Of a stretch of 64,000 nucleotides of DNA, positions 30,297-41,341 are shown one piece after another. The notes under the pieces are model-generated. The model saw nothing but the letters and a program-made list of their open reading frames with translations. It had not been told where the DNA came from and did not search any database. The position numbers and the translations under genes were made by a program. Each line of letters opens with the position of its first letter. The stretch's first letter is position 1. This DNA is from Myxococcota bacterium (GTDB lineage: Bacteria > Myxococcota > XYA12-FULL-58-9 > JALHOP01): assembly GCA_022842935.1 (NCBI GenBank), contig JALHOP010000010.1:106144-170143 (forward strand), in the 5' to 3' direction.

Positions 30297-31434
30297 GGGC
30301 AAAAAAGTCTACGACGTCATCGTCGCTGGCGTCGGCGCCATGGGGGCTGCCACCTGCTGGCAACTCGCCAAGCGCGGCAAGCGCGTTCTCGGGCTCGAGC
30401 GCTTCGACATCCCGCATGCAATGGGCTCGTCGCACGGGATGAATCGCATCATCAGGCTCGCTTACTTCGAGCATTCCTCATATGTGCCGTTGTTGCGCCG
30501 CGCCTACGAGCTCTGGCGCGAAGCGGAAACGCTCTGGGGCGAGCAGCTGTTGTTCATTACTGGCGGCGTCGACGCCGGGCCGGAAGACGGACGCGTGGTA
30601 CGTGGAGCGCTGGCGTCCTGCCGCGAACACGGCTTGGCGCACGAGGTGGTGAGCGCGGAAGAACTGGCGCGGCGCCACCCGGGCTGGCGCTTGCCGACGT
30701 CGCACGTAGCCGTGTTACAGCCCGATGGCGGCTTCGTCGCTTCGGAGAGGGCCATCAGCGCCCACGCTGCCATGGCAATCGCCGCCGGAGCGGATATCCA
30801 CGGACGTGAGGCGGTCATCGCGTGGGAGCCAACCCCGAGTGGGGTACGCGTTCGCACCGAGCGCGGCACCTACGAAGCCGAGCGCTTGGTGCTCGCGACC
30901 GGGGCATGGATCGGCGACCACGTTCCAGAGCTTGCGGGCAAGGCGGTCCCAGAGCGCCAAGTTCTGGGGTGGTTTCGGCCACTCACCCCGGCGAGCTTCG
31001 CGCTCGGCAACTTCCCGGTGGGAATCATCGACGATGCAAAGCTCGTCTACGTGTTCCCACAATGGGGTGTCCCTGGTTTCAAGCTCGGGGTCTACAACCA
31101 CCTCCGCGAAAGCGGGCATGGTGATGCGTTGTCGCGCGAGCCCAACGCTCGCGACGAGAGCCTGCTGCGCGAAGCGGTGCGCCGCTACTTCCCGGACGCC
31201 GACGGGTCGGTACTCGCACTTCGGGCATGCTTGTTCACCAACGTCGCGGACGAACACTTCGTGGTCGACACCCTCCCCGGCGCACCTCAGGTCGTCGTCG
31301 CATCGCCGTGCTCTGGTCACGGTTTCAAGTTCGCGAGCGTCATGGGCGAAGTGCTGGCAGATCTCGCGGTGGGAGCGTCGCCAGCGTTCGACCTCGAGCT
31401 GTTTCGCCTCGCGCGACTGGGCGCGCGCCGCTGA
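30289..31434 (+). CDS. solA: N-methyl-L-tryptophan oxidase / monomeric sarcosine oxidase family
   Basis: GxGxxG, GSSHGMNRIIR, ACLFT (covalent FAD Cys) and CSGHGFKF. Confidence 0.88.
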   Translation: MTKGKKVYDVIVAGVGAMGAATCWQLAKRGKRVLGLERFDIPHAMGSSHGMNRIIRLAYFEHSSYVPLLRRAYELWREAETLWGEQLLFITGGVDAGPEDGRVVRGALASCREHGLAHEVVSAEELARRHPGWRLPTSHVAVLQPDGGFVASERAISAHAAMAIAAGADIHGREAVIAWEPTPSGVRVRTERGTYEAERLVLATGAWIGDHVPELAGKAVPERQVLGWFRPLTPASFALGNFPVGIIDDAKLVYVFPQWGVPGFKLGVYNHLRESGHGDALSREPNARDESLLREAVRRYFPDADGSVLALRACLFTNVADEHFVVDTLPGAPQVVVASPCSGHGFKFASVMGEVLADLAVGASPAFDLELFRLARLGARR

Positions 31435-31529
31435 AGACCCGACGAGCACTTCGGCAACGACGATGCCAGGAAACGTGGGCCGCTCGACCTCGCTTGACGC
31501 AGCCCAGCCGATGACGCAGGTCATGTTTC

Positions 31530-32318
31530 GTGGCTCAGCGACTGGTTCACGACACGCGCGGAAGCGGCGGGCACACCGTGTTCATGCTGCACGGCTTCTT
31601 GGGCTCGGGCCGTAACCTTCAGTCCCTCGCCCGTCGCTGGTCGGAGCGCGAGCCCCGTCTGCGACTGGTGCTTCCCGACCTCACCGGGCACGGGATGTCG
31701 CCACCACCCGTCGACCCGCCGAGCATCGCCCAAGTGGCGGGCGACGTGTTTGCTTTGGCGGACGCAGTGAAGTCCGACGAACCGCTCACGATCGTCGGCC
31801 ACTCGTTCGGGGGTCGCACTGCGCTTGCCATGCGCCTCCTCGACCCAGCGCGCATCGGTCACGTCGTGCTCCTCGACATCACTCCCAACGCGCTGCGAGG
31901 CGATGTTGGTGGGCTTGACCGCGTTCTCGAGCACGTGCTCGCGGCTCCAGCACACGTCACATCCCGTGAGGAGCTCCGCAACCTCTTCCTGGGCCGCGGC
32001 GTGAGCGCGAGCCTCACCGACTGGGTGCTCCTGAATCTGACGCAAGACGGCGACCTGCTGCGCTGGCGCTTCGATCGCGACAAACTCAAGGCGTTGCACC
32101 TCGAGGCCTCCGGGCAAGACCTTTGGGGGGCCGTCGAGGCGCCCGGGGTAAAGACCACGCTCATCTATGGCACGCGCTCGAGGTTCGTCAGGCAGGACGA
32201 TGTCGACCGTCTCCACGCGGCCGGGGCGGACATCATCGCCATCGAGAACGCCGGGCATTTCCTGCATGTCGACGCACAACCGGCCCTGCTGGACCACCTG
32301 GTGACGCTCGCGCTATGA
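31530..32318 (+). CDS. Alpha/beta hydrolase (YbfF-like esterase)
   Basis: LHGFLGS, GHSFGG and AGHFLHVD. Confidence 0.88.
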   Translation: MAQRLVHDTRGSGGHTVFMLHGFLGSGRNLQSLARRWSEREPRLRLVLPDLTGHGMSPPPVDPPSIAQVAGDVFALADAVKSDEPLTIVGHSFGGRTALAMRLLDPARIGHVVLLDITPNALRGDVGGLDRVLEHVLAAPAHVTSREELRNLFLGRGVSASLTDWVLLNLTQDGDLLRWRFDRDKLKALHLEASGQDLWGAVEAPGVKTTLIYGTRSRFVRQDDVDRLHAAGADIIAIENAGHFLHVDAQPALLDHLVTLAL

Positions 32319-32327
32319 GGCGCGCCC

Positions 32328-33836
32328 ATGCGTAATCACCACGTCCGCGTTTACCCATCGAAAGAACATCTCCCGAAGGAAAAGCAGCTGGCCTGGGCCA
32401 TGGCCGAGGTCGCCACCGACCCGGTCGCAATCGACCCGGCGACCAGCGAGATGATCGTCAACCGCGTCATCGACAACGCTTCGGTGGCCATCGCCGCGGC
32501 CAATCGCACCCCAGTCGCGAACGCCCGCTCGCAGGCCCTCACGCATCCAACCCCTGATGGCGCAACTCTCTTCGGCCTTCCCGCGAGCGTGCGCGTTTCG
32601 CCTGAGTGGGCCGCCTGGGCCAACGGCACGGCGGTGCGCGAGCTCGACTTTCACGACACCTTCCTGGCCGCTGACTACTCGCACCCGGGCGACAACCTGC
32701 CGCCAATCCTCGCGGTCGCACAACGCCTCGGCAAGAGCGGCGCGGACGTCATCCGCGGCGCTGCGACCGCCTACGAGCTGCACGTGAACCTCGTGAAGGC
32801 CATCTGTTTGCACAAGCACAAGATCGATCACATCGCGCACCTGGCACCGTCCGCCGCAGCGGGTATCGGTACGATGCTGAACCTATCGACGGACGTCATT
32901 TACCAGGCCATCCAGCAGGCCGTGCACGTGTCATTCTCGACGCGCCAGTCGCGCAAGGGCGAGATCTCCTCATGGAAGGCGCACGCGCCTTCGTGGGCCG
33001 GTAAAATCGCTATCGAGGCGGTCGACCGCGCCATGCGCGGTGAGAAGTCGCCGTCGCCGATCTACGAGGGCGAAGACAGCGTCATCGCCTGGATGCTCGA
33101 CGGTCCCAAAGCAGAGTACAGCGTGCCGCTCCCCGCGAAGGGTGAGGCGAAGCGCGCGATCCTCGAGACCTACACTAAGGAGCACAGCGCCGAGTATCAG
33201 GCGCAAGCGCTCATCGACCTCGCTTTCCGTCTCGGCGAGAAGGTGGGCGACGGCTCGAAGGTCGCGAGCATCGTGCTGCACACCTCGCATCACACACACT
33301 ACGTCATCGGCACTGGTGCCAACGACCCGCAGAAGATGGATCCGAAGGCCTCGCGCGAGACCCTCGATCACAGCATCATGTACATCTTCGCGGTGGCGCT
33401 CCAGGACCGCACCTGGCACCACGTAAAGTCCTACGCGCCCGAGCGCGCCCAGCGCCCCGACACGGTGGCGCTCTGGCACAAGATCTCGACTGTCGAGGAC
33501 GCCGAATGGACGCGTCGCTACCACGCGACCGACCCCAAGGAGAAAGCTTTCGGCGCCAAGGTCGTCGTGACCATGAACGACGGCACCACCATCACGGACG
33601 AGCTCGCGCTCGCAAACGCGAACCCGGCCGGAGCAAAGCCCTTCAAGCGCCCGGACTACATCCGTAAGTTCGAAACGCTCACCGAGGGCGTGCTCGACAA
33701 CGCCGAGATCAAGCGAGTCGTCGAGCTAGCCCAGCGCCTGCCACAGCTCTCGGCGGGCGAGCTGTTGCAGCTGCACCCCGTGTTCCCCTCGGGCAAGCTC
33801 ACGCACGCGACCCGCGACACCCGGGGCATCTTCTGA
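32328..33836 (+). CDS. prpD: 2-methylcitrate dehydratase (MmgE/PrpD)
   Basis: [31 protein letters not shown] and TLDHS. Confidence 0.93.
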   Translation: MRNHHVRVYPSKEHLPKEKQLAWAMAEVATDPVAIDPATSEMIVNRVIDNASVAIAAANRTPVANARSQALTHPTPDGATLFGLPASVRVSPEWAAWANGTAVRELDFHDTFLAADYSHPGDNLPPILAVAQRLGKSGADVIRGAATAYELHVNLVKAICLHKHKIDHIAHLAPSAAAGIGTMLNLSTDVIYQAIQQAVHVSFSTRQSRKGEISSWKAHAPSWAGKIAIEAVDRAMRGEKSPSPIYEGEDSVIAWMLDGPKAEYSVPLPAKGEAKRAILETYTKEHSAEYQAQALIDLAFRLGEKVGDGSKVASIVLHTSHHTHYVIGTGANDPQKMDPKASRETLDHSIMYIFAVALQDRTWHHVKSYAPERAQRPDTVALWHKISTVEDAEWTRRYHATDPKEKAFGAKVVVTMNDGTTITDELALANANPAGAKPFKRPDYIRKFETLTEGVLDNAEIKRVVELAQRLPQLSAGELLQLHPVFPSGKLTHATRDTRGIF

Positions 33837-34744
33837 TGTTGTTCGCGAGCGGCGATCCGAAGTCCAAGCGCGCAGCCTTCCGCGCGAAGCTGCGCGCTCC
33901 GGGGCTCCTTCGCTTTCCTGGCGCCTTCTCGCCGCTGGTCGCGATGATGGTCGAGCGGCTGGGCTTCGAGGGCGTTTACATCAGCGGAGCGGTGCTCTCG
34001 AACGACCTTGGCTATCCCGATGTCGGCCTGACGACGCTCTCCGAGGTCGCGCAGCGTGGCCGCATGATCGCGCGCGTGACGGAACTGCCGGCGATCATCG
34101 ACATGGACACCGGCTTCGGCGAGCCGCTCAACGCCGCGCGCACCGTGCAGGAGCTCGAGGAGCTCGGGCTCGCTGGCGCCCATCTCGAGGACCAGGTCAA
34201 TCCGAAGCGCTGCGGACACCTCGAAGGCAAGGGACTCGTCGAGGTCGACGCCATGGTCAAGAAGATCGTCGCGGCCGCCAAAGCGAAACGCGACCCGAAC
34301 TTCTTGCTCATCGCACGCACCGACGCACGCGCGAGCGAAGGCTTGGACAAGGCCATCGAGCGCGCCAAGGCCTACGTCGACGCTGGCGCCGAGATGATTT
34401 TTCCCGAGGCGATGCAAGACGAACGCGAGTTCGCGGCGATGCGCAAGGCAGTACAGGTGCCGCTCCTCGCCAACATGACCGAGTTCGGCAAATCGAAGCT
34501 CCTCGACGCAAAGCAGCTCGCCGAGCTCGGCTACAATATCGTCATCTATCCCGTGACGACGCTGCGCCTCGCCATGAAGGCAGTGGAAGACGGATTGAAG
34601 CAAATCGCGGCCGACGGCACGCAGGAAGGTCTTCTATCGCGGATGCAGCACCGCAAGGAGCTTTACGACCTCATCCGCTACGACGCTTACACCGCCTTCG
34701 ACGGTCAGGTCGCGGGCTTCCGAGGTAAAGCAACCGAATCCTGA
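33836..34744 (+). CDS. prpB: Methylisocitrate lyase
   Basis: DMDTGFG, EDQVNPKRCGH, IARTDA and ANMTEFGK. TGATG coupling to prpD. Confidence 0.95.
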   Translation: MLFASGDPKSKRAAFRAKLRAPGLLRFPGAFSPLVAMMVERLGFEGVYISGAVLSNDLGYPDVGLTTLSEVAQRGRMIARVTELPAIIDMDTGFGEPLNAARTVQELEELGLAGAHLEDQVNPKRCGHLEGKGLVEVDAMVKKIVAAAKAKRDPNFLLIARTDARASEGLDKAIERAKAYVDAGAEMIFPEAMQDEREFAAMRKAVQVPLLANMTEFGKSKLLDAKQLAELGYNIVIYPVTTLRLAMKAVEDGLKQIAADGTQEGLLSRMQHRKELYDLIRYDAYTAFDGQVAGFRGKATES

Positions 34745-34782
34745 GCTCGAGCATCGGGGCCGCAATCGTGCTACGAGGCGCC

Positions 34783-37626
34783 ATGCGTTTTGCTCTGTCG
34801 CTTACCTGTTTGACCCTCCTCATTTCCTGCTCGAAGTCGTCGAAGACACCCGCCGCCGACGAGGGCACCGCAAGCAAGGCGGCGCCCGCAGCCCCGGCCG
34901 ACGCGAGCGACGATGTCCCGCGCCTCGAGCTCGCCAAATACGAAGCCGTTGTCGACGACCGGGGCACGCAGCAGGTCACCATCAACGCTGTCCTGCGCGA
35001 TGCCAACGCAGTCTATCTGCGTGGCCGCACCAACGACGCGTGGGGCTCCGAGAACGTGCGCTTCAAGGTCTTGGGCGACGTGTACGGGCTCGTCAACACC
35101 GGCGATGTCAGCGAAGACAACTTCTACGCTCGTTTCCCTGGCAAGAACGCTCCGGCGGAGTTCGACGTCGCGTGGGAGGCCGTGCAGGGCTACGGCGTCG
35201 TCGGCGTCAAAGGCGTCGCCCACGTCGTCGTGCCCAAATCGGTCAAGAGCGTGAAGAGCCTTCGCGACGAGTTCTTCGCGGGACTCGCGGCCTCGTTCCA
35301 AGCCGAGTCCCGGAGCGTCCCTGGCGCGGACTCCTTCTACACCTTCGCCTCCGAGAGAGCCCGATTCACGAGCCGCCCGAGCCAACGCCACAACGACGCC
35401 TTCAGTAGTGATATCGACGAAGCGATGGCGCTCTACACCGGCGCCGCGTCGTTACGTGACGCCATGCAGACCCAGCGCGCCTTGCGCATCCGCCGCGCGG
35501 GCAAGCGAACGGTGCCGGTCGCGCAAGTCGAGCCGCTCGCCCTCCCCGCGCACCCGTGGGAGCGTCTTTCACGCGAGCTTGCTTTGAAGCCGGTCATGGA
35601 GCCGCTCGCCGCCGCCGTGCCCGCAGGCATGCTGTACATGCACGCGAGCAGCGCAAAAGCGTTGCACGCGACCGTCGACACGCTCACAGACCGCTTGCTA
35701 GGAGTCGTACAAGCAAGCGGTATCGACAGCGGAGGTGGCGACGTCGTAAAGCGCTACGCCGACCAGCTAGGCCTCGAGAGCTCACCGGCCATGAGCGTGC
35801 TCGCCGATGCCGCGATCGACGGTATCGCTGTGACCTCAAGCGACCCCTTCTTTCGTGAGGGCACCGACGTCACGGTGGCGTTCCATGTCACGAACGCCGC
35901 CCTGCTCAAGACGGGTCTCGCCAAGAAGCTCGACGACCTCAAGGCGCGATTCAACACCACCAGCTCGACGTATAAGGTCGGTGCACACGAGGTGGCCTTG
36001 ACTGCTTCAGCGGACGGCGCCGTGAACCGTCATCAGGTGGAGCTTGGTGATGTCATCCTCGTCTCGAACAGCCGTGCCGCGCTCGAGCGTTTCGTTGCTG
36101 TGCGCGATCGCGCCGCGCCATCGATCGCGGCGGGCGGCGACTTCGCGTACATGCGCGCGCTCTACCCGTACGATCGTAAGGGCGAAGACGCCTTCGCCTT
36201 CATCGGTGACGCCTTCGTCGCGCACGTGACGAGCCCAGCGTTCAAGATTGCGTCGGCGCGCCGGGTTCAAGCCGCTGCCGACGTGCGTGCCGTGGGCTAC
36301 ACGGCTTTGCTGTACGCTTGGCTCGAGGGCCACCCCCCGGCTTCGACCGACGACCTCATCAGGAGCAAGCTCCTGGTCAAGAGCGACCTCGTCCACGACA
36401 GCGGTGAGCCCATCACCTTCGACCCCACGAACGGCGCGCGCTCGCGGCCCACCACGGGCTTTGCTACGCCAATCATCGAGACCGTCGTCGACAAGGTAAC
36501 GCCAGAAGAGCGCGATGCGTACGCGAGCTTCCGCGGCGAGTACGAGATGGTGTGGAGCAAGTACATCGACCCAGCGGCGCTGCGGGTCACCTCGCGAGGC
36601 AAAGCACTGACCCTCGATGTGCGGATGCTCCCCATCACGAGCCGCGGTGACTACGCCGATATCGAGTCGCTAGCGGGCCCTGCCCGCGTGGCGGCTCCAG
36701 CGGTGCGTGGCGGCGTTGCCTGGACCAGCGCCGTCGGCCCCGACGCATCCCTGCGGCATCAGCTCGAGGGCACCGGCAAAAGCATCATGGGCAATGACTT
36801 CTCGCTCGGTTGGCTCGGAACCTGGGTCACGGCCGGTGCGATGGACCGTGCGGGCCTTTACGACCTTGTGGTCGCGAGCGGGGCGCTGGGCGAGGTCGCG
36901 CGCAACGAGGACGCCGAGCAAGTGGGCTTCGTGCCGCCAGTTTGGCGCACGGCACTGCAACGCGCGCCGCTCTTCGTGGGCGCTGAGGTGAAGAACCCCG
37001 TCGCGCTCGCGGCGCTCCTCACGGGGGCGCGGCGTATGGTCGAACAAGCCGCGCCGGGTCTCGTTGAGTGGACAACCGAAGATGCCATCGACGGACAGCC
37101 GGTCTCGGTGATCCGCGAAGGCGGAGCGACCCCCGCCGACCAGCGCATCGCCATCCGCTACACGACTGCCTACGGCGCCTTCATAGCGAGCCTATCGCGC
37201 GAGACGCTGGTGGCGCAGCTTTCCGCCCTCAAGGATGGCCGGGGTCCAAAAGCCGCGGCGAGCGAGACCAAGCCGGTGCCAAACACAAAGGGGCTCGACG
37301 CAAGCACCCAGTCAGCCGTCGACTACGCTCCAGCGGAGGGCAAGTGGCTCACCAAGATCGTCGCTGGCTTGCTCGAGCAGGCTCAGAAGGCGAATGCTCG
37401 CCGCGACGAGCTCGCCGACCGCGCGGTCGCGCCCTACCTACGCGCCAACCCCGACCCCGAGGAGCGAGCGCGGATCAGCGCGGCGCTTCTAGGCTACTCG
37501 ACGCAGCGCTCGGACGTGTCGGCCATCGCCAGCGTGGCACGCTTGCGTCAGATCGGCGCGCGCCTGTCGGTCGAGGGCGGGGGCGACCACCGCGGCTTGC
37601 ACGCGGCGGTGACCCTGGGCGAGTAG
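34783..37626 (+). CDS. Large lipoprotein of unknown function
   Basis: Lipobox LISC and an open frame of about 947 codons. No catalytic motif recognised. Confidence 0.75.
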   Translation: MRFALSLTCLTLLISCSKSSKTPAADEGTASKAAPAAPADASDDVPRLELAKYEAVVDDRGTQQVTINAVLRDANAVYLRGRTNDAWGSENVRFKVLGDVYGLVNTGDVSEDNFYARFPGKNAPAEFDVAWEAVQGYGVVGVKGVAHVVVPKSVKSVKSLRDEFFAGLAASFQAESRSVPGADSFYTFASERARFTSRPSQRHNDAFSSDIDEAMALYTGAASLRDAMQTQRALRIRRAGKRTVPVAQVEPLALPAHPWERLSRELALKPVMEPLAAAVPAGMLYMHASSAKALHATVDTLTDRLLGVVQASGIDSGGGDVVKRYADQLGLESSPAMSVLADAAIDGIAVTSSDPFFREGTDVTVAFHVTNAALLKTGLAKKLDDLKARFNTTSSTYKVGAHEVALTASADGAVNRHQVELGDVILVSNSRAALERFVAVRDRAAPSIAAGGDFAYMRALYPYDRKGEDAFAFIGDAFVAHVTSPAFKIASARRVQAAADVRAVGYTALLYAWLEGHPPASTDDLIRSKLLVKSDLVHDSGEPITFDPTNGARSRPTTGFATPIIETVVDKVTPEERDAYASFRGEYEMVWSKYIDPAALRVTSRGKALTLDVRMLPITSRGDYADIESLAGPARVAAPAVRGGVAWTSAVGPDASLRHQLEGTGKSIMGNDFSLGWLGTWVTAGAMDRAGLYDLVVASGALGEVARNEDAEQVGFVPPVWRTALQRAPLFVGAEVKNPVALAALLTGARRMVEQAAPGLVEWTTEDAIDGQPVSVIREGGATPADQRIAIRYTTAYGAFIASLSRETLVAQLSALKDGRGPKAAASETKPVPNTKGLDASTQSAVDYAPAEGKWLTKIVAGLLEQAQKANARRDELADRAVAPYLRANPDPEERARISAALLGYSTQRSDVSAIASVARLRQIGARLSVEGGGDHRGLHAAVTLGE

Positions 37627-37648
37627 TCGCGCCTCTTCGAACGGCGGG

Positions 37649-37879
37649 CTACGCCGCCTGACTGTCGTCACTCGGATGGCGACGGCGTACGTTTGCGGCA
37701 TCGACGGGTTTCAGCACTGCCATCGAGATCTCGCGGGGCTTCCCGTCGACCGTCACCGTCACCACGCACGGGACGGTGGCTCGCTCGGGTGTCTTGCGAA
37801 CGTCAGCCTCGAGACCCGCCCGGCGCAACATGCGGACGAACAAGCGAGCTGCTGCGAAAGGGTTCGATCGCATACCCAT
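37649..37879 (-). CDS. Small hypothetical protein
   Basis: C-terminal part of track ORF 37649..38122 (MGMRSNPFAAARLFVRMLRRAG...). No motif. Confidence 0.35.
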   Translation of the reverse strand: MGMRSNPFAAARLFVRMLRRAGLEADVRKTPERATVPCVVTVTVDGKPREISMAVLKPVDAANVRRRHPSDDSQAA

Positions 37880-38215
37880 ACGCTTTGCGTTGGGTGACTT
37901 TTTTGTTTCGGAAGCGTTCTCGAGCATGCGCCAGGCAACCAGCGCCGCACTGAAGCGCTCGCCGTCGCTGCGGTGGCCCGCGGCAGTCGTTTCATCGGCG
38001 CCAAAGAGCGCCAGATCGACGCAAGAGTCAGCCCCGAAGCGGACGGGACGGTGGCTAGAAGCTGAGCTTTTTTGAGGGTTTCGCGCCGAAAAAGGCCACA
38101 TGTTGTTGAGCACGAAACGCATAGCACCCTCACGTCGACGTACACGTTGTCCCTCATCATCGGCTGACGGCCTTTGTCAGTTGCTCGCGCGAACGCAAAA
38201 GGGCTAGCTGACGTG

Positions 38216-38587
38216 ATGGCGAAAGAAATCCAGGTGGAGGTCGAGTCTTTTTATGTGCCCGAGCGCTCGCAGCCGCAGCGCGGTTACTATTTCTTCGCCT
38301 ACCACATCACCATCACCAACCGCGGCGACGTCGCGGCGCAGTTGCTTACCCGACACTGGGTGATCACTGACGGCAACGGTCAGGTCCAGGAAGTGCGAGG
38401 CGATGGTGTCGTCGGCGAGCAGCCGCACCTCGCTCCCGGCGAGAGCTTCGACTACACGAGCGCCTGTCCGCTGCAGACACCTTTTGGCACCATGGAGGGT
38501 AGCTACAACTTCGTCGCGGACACCGGCGAGGAGTTCGACGCGGCGATTCCCCTCTTCATGTTGGCGATGCCCTCCGCGTTGAACTGA
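38216..38587 (+). CDS. apaG: ApaG protein
   Basis: QLLTRHWVITDG, GDGVVGEQP, YTS and GTMEGSY. Confidence 0.95.
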   Translation: MAKEIQVEVESFYVPERSQPQRGYYFFAYHITITNRGDVAAQLLTRHWVITDGNGQVQEVRGDGVVGEQPHLAPGESFDYTSACPLQTPFGTMEGSYNFVADTGEEFDAAIPLFMLAMPSALN

Positions 38588-38612
38588 AGCGCGGCCCTCG
38601 ACCGGGTCGAGT

Positions 38613-41132
38613 CTAGGTGCCGATCCGCACAAGCGACATCAGCGGTGACTCGGGATCGCTCGCCTCGTCGAGATCGATCATTGCCTCAATCATCCACTCG
38701 TCGGTGCCCTCGGGGTCGACAAGCGTCTGGCGAACGCGGTACTGGCGGGGCCCCTCGGCGGTGAGCTGCGTCCGTGTCGGCAGGCGCGCTTCGTGGTCGA
38801 AGCGAAGCTTGGCATGCTGCGCCCAGTATGGCGCCATTGCGTCGGCGATGGCCTTGTCGTTCCACTGTTCACTTTGGCGTACGACATCGAGCACGGCTGC
38901 GTAGTGACGCGAGGCCAGCGCTTTCACGACCTGATGCATCTCGCCGCGCACACGCGCCGCAAAGCCACGCATATCCTGGCGCGGGTCGAAGACGTGTCGT
39001 CGAGGTGCTTGGGGCGCTTCGACAGTCGATTGCGCGGCCGGGTTCACGAGCTGCTCCCACTCGCGCACCAGCGAGTCGTCGACGCGCTCGAGCAAGCCGC
39101 GGAAGTAAACGGCAATCTCGAAAAGCGCCTCGTCCTTCAACGAATCGGGCACAGTCTGAGCCAGCGTGCGGTAGAAGTCGGACAAGTAGCGCAAGAGCAC
39201 GCCTTCGCTTCGTTCTAAACCGTAGTCGCGGACGTACTCGTGGAAGGTCGCAATCTTCTCGTACATCTCGCGGGCGATGGACTTCGGACGAACGTTGTCT
39301 TCACCTGCCCACGGGTGCTTGACGCGAAAAGCGTTGAACGTCTCGTAGAGAAACTCAGCGAGCGGCTTGGGATAGTCGACCTTCTCGAGCTCCTCCATAC
39401 GCTCGTTGTACTCCATGCCCTGTGCCTTGAGCTCAGCGATGCGTTCACCCTTGGCGCGGTCGAGTTGCTTCATGACGATGATGCGTGGCGTCTCGAGGAT
39501 GGATTCGACGAGGGAGACCACGTCCAACGCGTAGGTCGGAGACGCGGGGTCGAGTAGCTTCAGCGCGTCGAGCAAATACAGCGAGAGCGTCTGGTTGAGC
39601 GAGAAGTTGCGCTGGAGCTCCTCGTTGATCACGACGCGCGCCGCCTTGACGCGATTGCGGACAATGCTGACGATGCCACCAGCGACGAGCGAGCGAAAGA
39701 GCTCGCGGGCGCGACGGCGATGGCGCGTGCGCATCCCAGGTCGCTCGTGCGAGCGCGCAATGATGCGCATGAGACGACCGTATCCGCCGCCCCGCTCTTC
39801 CGTGGCTTGCTGCAAGAGCTGGAGCAACATGGCGTGACTCACCACGAAGCGTGACTCGAGCGGCTCCGGCTCGCGCTCGATGAGCTGGTTGAAGGTCTTG
39901 TCGTCCCACGGGACAAACCCGTCAGGGGGCTTCTTCTTGACCGCCTTCTTGCCCGCCCCCGCCTTCGCCTCGAGTTTACGATTTTCGATGACGTGCTCGG
40001 GCGCCTGACACACGACCGTGCCCTGCGTATCGAAGCCGCGTCTACCGGCGCGGCCGGCCACCTGTTTGAAATCGCGGACAGTGAGGAGACCGGTCTTCTG
40101 GCCGTCGTATTTGGCCAACGCCGAGAACAGCACCGTGCGGATCGGCACGTTGACGCCAACGCCCAGAGTGTCCGTGCCCGAAATGACCTTCAACGCGCCC
40201 TGCTGCGCGAGCTGTTCGACGAGGAGCCGATACTTCGGCAAGAGGCCTGCGTGATGGAGACCAACACCGTGGCGTATGAAGCGCTGGATGTCCTTGCCGT
40301 AAGGCGTATCGAAGCGAAAGCCGCGCACGATCTCGGCGATGCGTTGCTTCTCTTCGCGAGACGAGAAGTCGACCGACAGCAGGTTCTGCGCCTGCTCGGC
40401 GGCGTCGCGCTGGGTAAAGCTCACTAAGTAGACCGGAGCCTTGCCACGCTCGACCAATTTCTTGATGGCTTCATGCAACGCGTCTTCGCTGTAAACGAAC
40501 TCGAGGGGCACCGGGCGGTCGTTGCTTTTGACGACGGCAACCTCTCGCCCGGTGAGCTCGGCGAGCGATTTCTCGACCACGCTCGTGTCGCCGAGCGTCG
40601 CCGACATCAATAGGAATTGCGCCTGCGGCAACGTCAAGAGCGGAACCTGCCATGCGACTCCGCGATCGCGGTCACCATAGTAGTGAAACTCATCCATGAT
40701 GACGTAAGCGACGTCCGCTTTGTCGGCTTCACGCAACGCAAGGTTGGCGAGAATCTCGGCGGTGCAGCAAACCACCGGCGCCTGCGCGTTGATACTCGCG
40801 TCACCCGTGACCATGCCGACGTTTTCGGCCCCGAGCTCTCGGCACAACGCGAAGAACTTCTCGGAGACCAGCGCCTTGATCGGGCAGGTGTAGTAAGCGC
40901 GCCGGCGCTCAGCGAGCGCCTTGAATTCGAGAGCCAGGGCCACCAGGGATTTACCCGAGCCGGTCGGCGTCGCGAGCACGACGTGTTTGCCGTCCATCAA
41001 CTCGAGCACGGCCTGCTCTTGGGCCGGGTACAGCTCGAGACTCTGGCCCCCGACCCAGTCGACGAAGGCAGCGAGAATATTATCGACAGTCGGCGGTGTC
41101 GGGACACGTTCGCGCAGCATCGCGGCGCTCAT
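38613..41132 (-). CDS. Ski2-like DEAD/DEAH helicase with DUF3516
   Basis: PTGSGKS, PIKAL, DEFH, SAT, HHAGLL, QVAGRAGRRG and RSEGVLLRYL. Confidence 0.92.
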   Translation of the reverse strand: MSAAMLRERVPTPPTVDNILAAFVDWVGGQSLELYPAQEQAVLELMDGKHVVLATPTGSGKSLVALALEFKALAERRRAYYTCPIKALVSEKFFALCRELGAENVGMVTGDASINAQAPVVCCTAEILANLALREADKADVAYVIMDEFHYYGDRDRGVAWQVPLLTLPQAQFLLMSATLGDTSVVEKSLAELTGREVAVVKSNDRPVPLEFVYSEDALHEAIKKLVERGKAPVYLVSFTQRDAAEQAQNLLSVDFSSREEKQRIAEIVRGFRFDTPYGKDIQRFIRHGVGLHHAGLLPKYRLLVEQLAQQGALKVISGTDTLGVGVNVPIRTVLFSALAKYDGQKTGLLTVRDFKQVAGRAGRRGFDTQGTVVCQAPEHVIENRKLEAKAGAGKKAVKKKPPDGFVPWDDKTFNQLIEREPEPLESRFVVSHAMLLQLLQQATEERGGGYGRLMRIIARSHERPGMRTRHRRRARELFRSLVAGGIVSIVRNRVKAARVVINEELQRNFSLNQTLSLYLLDALKLLDPASPTYALDVVSLVESILETPRIIVMKQLDRAKGERIAELKAQGMEYNERMEELEKVDYPKPLAEFLYETFNAFRVKHPWAGEDNVRPKSIAREMYEKIATFHEYVRDYGLERSEGVLLRYLSDFYRTLAQTVPDSLKDEALFEIAVYFRGLLERVDDSLVREWEQLVNPAAQSTVEAPQAPRRHVFDPRQDMRGFAARVRGEMHQVVKALASRHYAAVLDVVRQSEQWNDKAIADAMAPYWAQHAKLRFDHEARLPTRTQLTAEGPRQYRVRQTLVDPEGTDEWMIEAMIDLDEASDPESPLMSLVRIGT

Positions 41133-41297
41133 GGGGCCCGATGTACCACCAGCTCGGTAGACGGCGAAGCCCTTACGGCCCGTTGGGACCCCGCATGCAG
41201 TGTTTCATTAGGGTTCACTCACCCCCGGGTCGGTCAAACCCCAGGTATTCGACGCCGCGTTCCTCCTTGAAACAGGGAGTTACGAGCGATCTGAAGC

Positions 41298-41313
41298 TGG
41301 CACCCGCCTTGCT
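41298..41313 (+). promoter_or_regulatory. Sigma-54 promoter of the FliA-like gene
   Basis: TGGCACCCGCCTTGCT is near consensus. RBS GGAGG and ATG 41342 follow. Confidence 0.75.
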
Positions 41314-41341
41314 CAATGGGTGTCTCGTGGAGGACGCGACC

